From Phycisphaerae bacterium (GTDB lineage: Bacteria > Planctomycetota > Phycisphaerae > WQYP01), in contig JBIJDM010000003.1 in assembly GCA_044344145.1 (NCBI GenBank), positions 1 through 33,653 on the forward strand: a stretch of 33,653 nucleotides of DNA. Reading direction: 5' to 3'. Under the pieces are notes generated by a model. It did not search any database, was not told the origin of the DNA, and saw only the letters and a list, made by a program, of their open reading frames with translations. Positions within the stretch are counted from its first letter, which is position 1. Each line of letters opens with the position of its first letter. The position numbers and the translations under genes are program-made. Shown one piece after another: positions 27,053 through 33,653 of this stretch.

Positions 27053-28096
27053 TTAATCCAGCTTGGCATCCTGGGGGATGGCCTGCAGAATCATACGGGT
27101 GATATCATCCGAGGTCATGCCTTCGGACTGGGCCGAGAAGTTGGGGATGAGCCGATGCCGCAGAACCGGCAGGGCCATGGCCGCAACATCGGCACAACTC
27201 ACGTGATAATTGCCATTGATGGCGGCGTTGGCCTTGGCGGCGAGAATCAGATTGAAACTCGCGCGCGGTCCGGCACCCCAGGTCAGCCACTTCTTGCAGA
27301 AGTCCAGCGCCTCGTCGGTCTTGGGCCGGGTGCTGCGGACAATTTTTTCGGCATACGCGAAGACATGCTCGGTCACGGGCATGCGGCGCACGGTTTCCTG
27401 AATGGCGAGGATGTCCTCACCACCCAGTACGTGCTGGGGCGTCTGCCCGCCGGAACCCGAAACCATCTTCATGATCTGGCGTTCTTCCGCGTGCGAGGGA
27501 TAGTCCACCTGGATCATGAACAGGAAGCGGTCCAACTGCGCTTCGGGCAGCGGATAGGTACCTTCCTGTTCGACGGGATTCTGGGTGGCCAGCACAAAGA
27601 ACGGATTGGGCAGCTTGTAATCCTGCCCGCCCACGGTCACCTTGCGTTCCTGCATGGCTTCCAACATGGCGGCCTGAGTTTTGGGCGGGGTACGGTTGAT
27701 TTCATCGGCCAGGAGAATATTGGCGAAGACCGGGCCCTGAGTAAAGCGGAATTTACGTTCGCCGGTAATCGGGTCCACATGGATCATTTCCGTGCCGGTG
27801 ATATCGCTGGGCATGAGATCGGGCGTGAACTGAATCCGCTTGAAGCCCAAGGAGAGCGTCTGGGCCAGACTGGAGACCATCAGGGTCTTGGCCAGACCGG
27901 GCACTCCCACCAGCAGGGCGTGGCCGCGAGTGAAGATGGCGATGAGAATCTGGTCAATCACAGCTTCCTGACCAACAATGACTTTGGTCAGTTCCTGCTT
28001 GATCCGTTGCCGGGAATCGCGCAGGTGGGCTATGGCCTTTAAATCCGCATCTGCGGACGACACACCCGTGGGCTGAGGGTTTTGAACCTCGGTCAT
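27053..28096 (-). CDS. moxR: MoxR family AAA+ ATPase
   Basis: Walker A GVPGLAKT, RIQFTPDLMPSD, Walker B LADEINR and ATQNPVEQEGTYPLPEAQLDRF; GGGAG before ATG 28096. Confidence 0.97.
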   Translation of the reverse strand: MTEVQNPQPTGVSSADADLKAIAHLRDSRQRIKQELTKVIVGQEAVIDQILIAIFTRGHALLVGVPGLAKTLMVSSLAQTLSLGFKRIQFTPDLMPSDITGTEMIHVDPITGERKFRFTQGPVFANILLADEINRTPPKTQAAMLEAMQERKVTVGGQDYKLPNPFFVLATQNPVEQEGTYPLPEAQLDRFLFMIQVDYPSHAEERQIMKMVSGSGGQTPQHVLGGEDILAIQETVRRMPVTEHVFAYAEKIVRSTRPKTDEALDFCKKWLTWGAGPRASFNLILAAKANAAINGNYHVSCADVAAMALPVLRHRLIPNFSAQSEGMTSDDITRMILQAIPQDAKLD

Positions 28097-28240
28097 AGCA
28101 AATCTCCCAAAAATAAGTTTTTCGCATATCTCCAGACAAGCAACAGCAAACACCTATTTGTAGGTGCCCTGCGTCCAACTGCGCCTCTCTCTCAATGGGT
28201 AGTACAACGCCCGGATTTTGGGTTTATTTCATGCCCCAAT

Positions 28241-28260
28241 AAAAAAATGCGCGGCGCGCA
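28241..28260 (-). terminator. Weak candidate terminator after the rdgB/hypothetical pair
   Basis: TGCGC/GCGCA 5-bp stem with a 3-nt loop, followed by T7 on the minus strand. Confidence 0.35.
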
Positions 28261-28310
28261 GCACCACCGTCAGGGCTTGGCAGTCCACCGAAATTCCGAG
28301 CTAATTAACT

Positions 28311-28994
28311 TTATTCCGTAACCGATTCCGATTTGGCGGGTGCGGTCGGCGCTTCCGCCTCCGGCTCTGCTACCGCAATCCGCCCCTTGGCCTGGATCAG
28401 TGCTTCCCGGAGTGGATTGAGTTGATCCCAGTCAAAGCTGTCCAGCCGCAGCGTCTTGGGGGCGGCCCCATCCGTGTAATGCACTTCAAAAAGCTGGTCT
28501 TTTTCCCAACGCGTATCATCAATCCCCGTCACACTGGCCAATTCCACCCGCCCCGTGCCGGGCACCACCAGCGCGGTCTCATCCAAGGCCACATGCTTGT
28601 GGTTATAGCTGTACAACCAATAACCCACGCCCAGTGCGATCAGGCCCAGCACCCCGGCGAGAATTTTTTGCACCTTGATATCCAGATCACTGTGCCAGCC
28701 TTCCTCCTCATGGAACATTTCATCCAGCATCTGCCGCGTCTCGGAATCCGCCTGATTCCATGTGCTGAAACTCACCCATATCGCCTTGTGGGCAGGGGAC
28801 AGCTTTGCCAACTTGATTTCCATGCGGCCGCGCGTATTTTCATCTTTGCGACTGTGCTCGATCAACTGTTCCACCTTGGTGGGATAGCCGATGAACCCGT
28901 CATAGGCATACCAACCACAGAACGACAACACCATCAGCAGACAAATCACAATCCGAATCGCATAGCTGCGACACGCCGGGGCTTGCAGGGCCAT
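28311..28994 (-). CDS. Hypothetical two-TM membrane protein
   Basis: ATG 28994 lies just downstream of the rdgB stop; two TM segments (the first ending WYAYDGFIGYP), a soluble loop and a beta-rich C-terminal domain. Confidence 0.75.
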   Translation of the reverse strand: MALQAPACRSYAIRIVICLLMVLSFCGWYAYDGFIGYPTKVEQLIEHSRKDENTRGRMEIKLAKLSPAHKAIWVSFSTWNQADSETRQMLDEMFHEEEGWHSDLDIKVQKILAGVLGLIALGVGYWLYSYNHKHVALDETALVVPGTGRVELASVTGIDDTRWEKDQLFEVHYTDGAAPKTLRLDSFDWDQLNPLREALIQAKGRIAVAEPEAEAPTAPAKSESVTE

Positions 28995-29019
28995 ATTTCC
29001 ACCTTTCCGAAAAACACCT

Positions 29020-29655
29020 TTAAGACAATACCGTTTGCAGCCAACGCAAGGCCGGGCGCAAGGCCGCGCCGCGATGACTGATTTCCGCCTTCCGCGCGGT
29101 GGGCACTTCCGCCGTGGTACAGTTCCAGGGCGGGTAAAAGAACAATGGGTCATAACCAAACCCATGTTCGCCCCGCGGCTGGTCAATCATGATACCCGCA
29201 ACCTGCCCGGTAAACACGGCCAGCACGGTTTCGGGTATGGCCAACGCCAGCGCACACTCAAACCGGGCCGTCCGCTGCTGGGGCGGTACCTGTGCCAGCG
29301 CCTTGAGCAGCTTGGCATTATTGGCCGCGTCATTACTGGGTTCCCCCGCATAACGGGCACTTAATACTCCCGGTGCCCCATCCAGAGCATCCACACACAA
29401 CCCACTGTCATCGGCCAACGTCAGCAGCCCCGTGGCGGCAGCGTAGTATAGGGCCTTTTTCTGGGCATTTCCGATAAAAGTCGGGCGGTCCTCCTCCGGC
29501 TCGGGGGGACGCGTGGGCAAATCCTTCAGCCCCAGCACCTTTAGCCGGTCGGCCAGACCCGCCACCGCGATTTCGTGGGCAATTTCGCGGACCTTCCCGG
29601 TGTTGCCGGTCGCGATCAACAGACTATGGCCATGATGCTCGATCCACGATTTCAT
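29020..29655 (-). CDS. rdgB: Non-canonical purine NTP pyrophosphatase (RdgB/HAM1)
   Basis: ATGNTGK, NAQKKA, ADDSGL, GAPGVLSARY, GFGYDPLF and KAEISHRG motifs. Confidence 0.97.
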   Translation of the reverse strand: MKSWIEHHGHSLLIATGNTGKVREIAHEIAVAGLADRLKVLGLKDLPTRPPEPEEDRPTFIGNAQKKALYYAAATGLLTLADDSGLCVDALDGAPGVLSARYAGEPSNDAANNAKLLKALAQVPPQQRTARFECALALAIPETVLAVFTGQVAGIMIDQPRGEHGFGYDPLFFYPPWNCTTAEVPTARKAEISHRGAALRPALRWLQTVLS

Positions 29656-29874
29656 ACGTAAACCCTTATCCCTAAAGTTGTAAGTCGACGCATCCCAAAA
29701 CAACGCAAAACTGAATCCGGTCCAAATGAGATTTTTTGACGCAATTCACTTGCTCTAACGTCGGACTATCGTAGCATATAAAAATGTCATGCGTCGAGGG
29801 CTGAGTCCCGACAATTCACAGATCGCGCCGGTTTATACGCTTGGTTTATCGCTACCCAGGAAGGGTAAAAGAAC

Positions 29875-30108
29875 ATGGTTCACTTTCAGTGTCCCCATTG
29901 CCAAAAAAGCCTGCATTATCCGCCGCGCTGGGTGGGACACTATTTGCTCTGTGAATTCTGCACCAAGACCATACGCGTGCCCATGCCCTATGGCACCCCG
30001 GAAACCGCAGCCAACGCGGAACCAACAACAGAAGTCGAAGATAACGAAGCCATTGTGGGACTGGTCCACAGTCGGCTCTTGAATCTAAGCCTGAATTTGG
30101 CCTCCTGA
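29875..30108 (+). CDS. Small zinc-ribbon protein
   Basis: CPHC-x16-CEFC followed by IRVP; purine-rich leader; acidic tail. Confidence 0.7.
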   Translation: MVHFQCPHCQKSLHYPPRWVGHYLLCEFCTKTIRVPMPYGTPETAANAEPTTEVEDNEAIVGLVHSRLLNLSLNLAS

Positions 30109-30130
30109 ATACCTTACATACCCCAGCACC

Positions 30131-31084
30131 CTACACCGACCCATCCAACCGGGCGCAAAGCCGTAAAGACTCCGGACTGAGTTGACCGCACTGGTCCACA
30201 TCCACATTGAAGGTCACCGGCGTATGGACGGCCCGCGCAGCGCGGAGATACTCTGCCACTTGCGCTACGGGATAGCGGGGTAGCGCCAATGGCTGCCGGG
30301 CCTGATGATGCACCCAAGCGGAATTATCCAGACACACCCAGCGATGATTCTGTAAACCATTGGCCGCCCAACGCTCGGTCGGCACCGCGCATAGATCATT
30401 TACTTCGCCGGCCAAATAATCCTGATGGGTGGAATATTGATGCAATCGCTCATGCGCCCGCATTCCCGGATTAAAGGTTACCAGACGCCCGGGATGGCCG
30501 TGTTTGGCGGCGGCGGAAAAATCTTCCCAGGGAAAACGGAAATCGCGCATATCTGTGGTAACGGTCTGATATGGGCCGGAAGGGTCCAGCGAATAAGCAC
30601 TGTCAAACCACCAGGCCGCCAGTTGGGAACCATAGCGCCCACCCAATTCCGACACCAGTGCACTGAGGTTGTCCGCTAAAATCTGCTTATTCTGGCCGTG
30701 ATAACCCACGGCCTGTTGCCAGTCGGGGTCATCCTGTGCATTACACGAGTGATTGTAATACAGGATCAACTTGAGCCCGCGTCGGGTACACCCCGCCGCC
30801 AATTCTGCCAATAAATCGCGCTGACAGGTGCGGCCCGGCAGCAGCCGGTCCAGAACCTGCGAAGGTGCGGGCAGCATCTGCAAGGCATGGGTGATGGTGA
30901 ACAACAAGTAGGCAGCGCCACAACCTTGAATATCATCCAGAAATTTGGCCACAGGAAATTGCGCTACGGCGGCGGCAAAAGGTAGCGCTGGCCCCGATAC
31001 CGGCATTGACTGGGCCGTCCAGTGCGCGGCAATCCCAAAACGACACTGGGCAAACCAATCGGTATTCGCTGCTTGATAGGTCAT
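30131..31084 (-). CDS. Alpha-L-fucosidase-like glycoside hydrolase (GH29)
   Basis: WF..RFGIAAHW, RDLLAELAAGC..GLKLILYY and WWFD nucleophile motif; no signal peptide. Confidence 0.8.
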   Translation of the reverse strand: MTYQAANTDWFAQCRFGIAAHWTAQSMPVSGPALPFAAAVAQFPVAKFLDDIQGCGAAYLLFTITHALQMLPAPSQVLDRLLPGRTCQRDLLAELAAGCTRRGLKLILYYNHSCNAQDDPDWQQAVGYHGQNKQILADNLSALVSELGGRYGSQLAAWWFDSAYSLDPSGPYQTVTTDMRDFRFPWEDFSAAAKHGHPGRLVTFNPGMRAHERLHQYSTHQDYLAGEVNDLCAVPTERWAANGLQNHRWVCLDNSAWVHHQARQPLALPRYPVAQVAEYLRAARAVHTPVTFNVDVDQCGQLSPESLRLCARLDGSV

Positions 31085-31113
31085 CGGTCACGCCTAAAAA
31101 CGCACCAGCCCGC

Positions 31114-32076
31114 CTACTTCGTCTTCAGTCCCCGCAAGTGTTTTCCCATCACCGCCATCATCCATTCCGGCTCTTCACAATCCGCGCCATAATAGTAATA
31201 GGCCAGATGTTCCGCCCTCATGGCCAGCACCTCGGGCATACGCCGGTCCACCACCGCGATGGCCGTTGCGGGTAACCCCATGTTTTCAATCAACAGAAAA
31301 CCGCCTTTGCCCTGGGCCCGGGCGGCGGTGAGAAAACGCTGGCCATGAGGCAGCAGCAGATTGAGACTGCCCTCCAGGCCGATCACGCTTTGGGCATCTT
31401 CCCGGTTAAAGGGCCGGCCATCGCAGCCGAAATAATCCAGCGCGGCAATCTGCGCAAAACGGGTTACCGCATAATCCTGCAAATTCCCGTACAAAAATAA
31501 GGTGGTCTGCAACCCCGCCCGTAGCGTCCGGGCATACGCCGTAACGCGCTGGAAAAAGTCCGCCACCGCATCAATATGCCGTTCCTGCGGGGCGTTGGGC
31601 CCCAGCGCCTGGAGCGCCAGCGGGTGATGGTCCCGCAGATGCAGACTTTTAACCTCGTCCCAGACGATGCCGTCAATGTCAAATTGCAGTACCGTACGCA
31701 GACATTCCTGATAAAACTTTTCGGTGTCGGGATGATGCACGCTGGCCATCAGGCCCCAACAACCCTCGATATGCGGCTGGCCCTGGGCATTGCGCAGGAC
31801 CACATCCGGCCGGGTGGCACAAAAACGCGAGGGCGCCCCCGGCCACCCCGCCACCAGCCCCGCCCAGCGCGACGGCACGATATACAATTTCAGCCCCGCC
31901 GCGTGCGCCTCGGTGGCGAACAGATGCCACAAATGACTGCGTCCCAAATCACGCTCATACGCGGAAATCGCCACCGCCGTGGTGCCATGATCCGCCATCC
32001 AGCGGAAATCCGCCCGCAGGTGCGCGGGCACCAGACTGAACAACGAGCCGTTGAGGTAATACGCGGTAAGGTTCAT
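31114..32076 (-). CDS. Putative glycoside-hydrolase-like TIM-barrel protein
   Basis: EAHAAGLKLY, SVHHP and DIDGIVWDE patterns resemble GH-like barrels; GGAG before ATG 32076. Confidence 0.62.
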   Translation of the reverse strand: MNLTAYYLNGSLFSLVPAHLRADFRWMADHGTTAVAISAYERDLGRSHLWHLFATEAHAAGLKLYIVPSRWAGLVAGWPGAPSRFCATRPDVVLRNAQGQPHIEGCWGLMASVHHPDTEKFYQECLRTVLQFDIDGIVWDEVKSLHLRDHHPLALQALGPNAPQERHIDAVADFFQRVTAYARTLRAGLQTTLFLYGNLQDYAVTRFAQIAALDYFGCDGRPFNREDAQSVIGLEGSLNLLLPHGQRFLTAARAQGKGGFLLIENMGLPATAIAVVDRRMPEVLAMRAEHLAYYYYGADCEEPEWMMAVMGKHLRGLKTK

Positions 32077-32139
32077 GTTGCGAACTCCAGGACATCGGCC
32101 CATGTTGCGTTATGGCGCTACCCAAGTATCGGGGCAAAT

Positions 32140-33387
32140 TCACTTGGGACGCGTGGCCGTGGCATTGGCCGGCCCGACCGCACACCAGCGCCACCCCATG
32201 TCCGGGCCGCGGCCCGACCATTCAATCTTGATCGAAGTGATTTTTTCGGCTTGTTTCATATCCACCAGCAACACCATGCCGGGTTCCAGCTTCTGGGCCT
32301 TCAGCGCGATGCCGTTGATCTTGACTGTGACCGTTTCCGCCGGGATCGTGGCCGATGGATTGGCATTGGCCAGCACCACCACCCACTGCACATTGACCGG
32401 CACAGTAAAGCCCACCACCGCCGTCGCCTGACGTTGGGGCGGTAAAGTCTCCGGCGTGGCCGGCAAACGTGGCGGAATCTTTTCCGTCGCAGGTACCACC
32501 GCCACCCCCGCCAGCAGGGCCGGATAAGCCTCCGCGGTGAACCGTGCCTCCGGCAAGGTCAACACGGCCGCCGCCGCGATATTACCGGACGTTGATTCCG
32601 ACCCCATGCGGGTGATGATGTCCTGGGCCGTGCGCTGGGCGGGGCTGTCGGCCTGAGCACTTTGGGCATACAGTGCCAGCGCCGCCCGGGCATGCAGCCA
32701 GCGACTGCCGGGGGCCAGCATTTTATTCTGGGCCAAATCCAGATGTGCCTGGGCCAATTCCAAGGGACGGTTACTCTGTACCGCGTCGAGCAAGGCCGCC
32801 ACCCCCGGAGGGACATCGCCGCGGAGATTCTGGGACAATTTACTGGCCGCCTGCACCTGGGCCAAATCCCGGGCCAAACCCAACACGCACGTCTGGCGTA
32901 AACTCGCATCTTCGGCGGATGTGGCCATCCGTAATTGCATATTATTCACGGTGTTCTGGGCCTGCGCCAGCGGTTGCAAAAAATTCAGCCGGGCGCGGAT
33001 TTCACCTTCCGGGGCCAGACTGTAGGTCGCGGCCACGCTGCGAGCCTGCTGCAGCCCCTCGACAGCTTTGATGTAACAGGTGGTAACCTCGATCAATTGG
33101 TCATTCTCGGTGAGAATTTGCGCTTGTTGCAGGAACAAATCCACCAATTCCTGCGCGGCGATGGCTTTGTTTTTGGGATCTGTGGTTTCGCGTAGTTCCG
33201 CCTGCAACAGGCTGATGTGGCGCCGCACCCCGTTAATCCGCTCCTGAGCCAGTTGCTTGGGCGCGGGCGCTGTCGCCGTGGCGGGTGCGGTCGTGGCCAT
33301 GGTGGTCACCGCTCCGGACACAGCCCCGACCATCATCCCGGCGATCCACACCATACCCGCTAAACATGATTTTCGCACGAGGCTCAT
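32140..33387 (-). CDS. Secreted hypothetical protein (helical N-terminal part, beta-rich C-terminal domain)
   Basis: 415 aa; signal peptide; ATTAPATATAP linker; GAGG upstream of the ATG. Confidence 0.7.
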   Translation of the reverse strand: MSLVRKSCLAGMVWIAGMMVGAVSGAVTTMATTAPATATAPAPKQLAQERINGVRRHISLLQAELRETTDPKNKAIAAQELVDLFLQQAQILTENDQLIEVTTCYIKAVEGLQQARSVAATYSLAPEGEIRARLNFLQPLAQAQNTVNNMQLRMATSAEDASLRQTCVLGLARDLAQVQAASKLSQNLRGDVPPGVAALLDAVQSNRPLELAQAHLDLAQNKMLAPGSRWLHARAALALYAQSAQADSPAQRTAQDIITRMGSESTSGNIAAAAVLTLPEARFTAEAYPALLAGVAVVPATEKIPPRLPATPETLPPQRQATAVVGFTVPVNVQWVVVLANANPSATIPAETVTVKINGIALKAQKLEPGMVLLVDMKQAEKITSIKIEWSGRGPDMGWRWCAVGPANATATRPK

Positions 33388-33566
33388 CAGGTGCCCTCGA
33401 TCTGGTTAGCGCACGCCTCTGATGACGCAGCAACACACTCGCCGCCCGAAGCGCCTAGATCTAATGCCCAGTCTCATAGCTAGATACAACTATAAACAAG
33501 ATGCGTTCGCCCTTCCCGACCAGACACCAACCTGCTTACCAAAGAATTGCACAGTGGTCGAGAAAA

Positions 33567-33639
33567 TGGGCAGAGCCGGAATCGAACCGGCGACACAAGG
33601 ATTTTCAATCCTTTGCTCTACCAGCTGAGCTATCTGCCC
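33567..33639 (-). tRNA. tRNA-Phe(GAA), CCA not encoded
   Basis: GGGCAGA/TCTGCCC acceptor stem, D arm GCTC..GAGC, anticodon arm AAGGA-TTGAAAA-TCCTT and T arm GCCGG-TTCGATT-CCGGC; 73 nt. Confidence 0.98.
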
Positions 33640-33653
33640 GCTCAAGTGCGGCT

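Noticed and set aside
26204-28042. 612-aa plus-strand ORF
   Set aside because: Antisense shadow of moxR and DUF58, expected with high-GC codon bias; no motifs.
28361-31174. 10-11 nt matches to the tRNA-Phe 3' end near 28361 and 31164 as att sites
   Set aside because: Short, in inverted orientation and inside coding sequences; consistent with chance.
33422-33628. 68-aa plus-strand ORF
   Set aside because: Runs antisense through tRNA-Phe (GIEPAT is the typical reverse-tRNA translation).

Overview
GC-rich bacterial chromosomal segment, most likely a planctomycete (Phycisphaerae-like, inferred from gene content and ATQP-type linkers). Most genes are on the minus strand. In coordinate order: a family-4 uracil-DNA glycosylase (cut by the window edge, absent from the ORF track), a membrane protein, a secreted alpha/beta hydrolase, an Mpv17/PMP22-like gene lying between cydB and a decayed copy of the cydB 3' end, cydAB, an orphan secretin with a small exported partner, an anaerobic sulfatase maturase, truA, a GT4 glycosyltransferase, a REP doublet, a lipoprotein, cysS, a YbhB/YbcL protein, a seven-gene MoxR/DUF58/BatA/VWA/DUF4175-like/prenyltransferase-repeat operon, rdgB, a small zinc-ribbon protein, a GH29 fucosidase with a GH-like partner, a secreted hypothetical protein and tRNA-Phe(GAA). 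I saw no CRISPR array, integrase or transposase. The best leads are the cydB 3'-end replacement scar, the ATQP motif confined to exported proteins, the MoxR envelope operon with a split DUF4175-like gene, and a UDG4 lacking its canonical Fe-S cysteines. All calls come from manual reading; no database searches were run.
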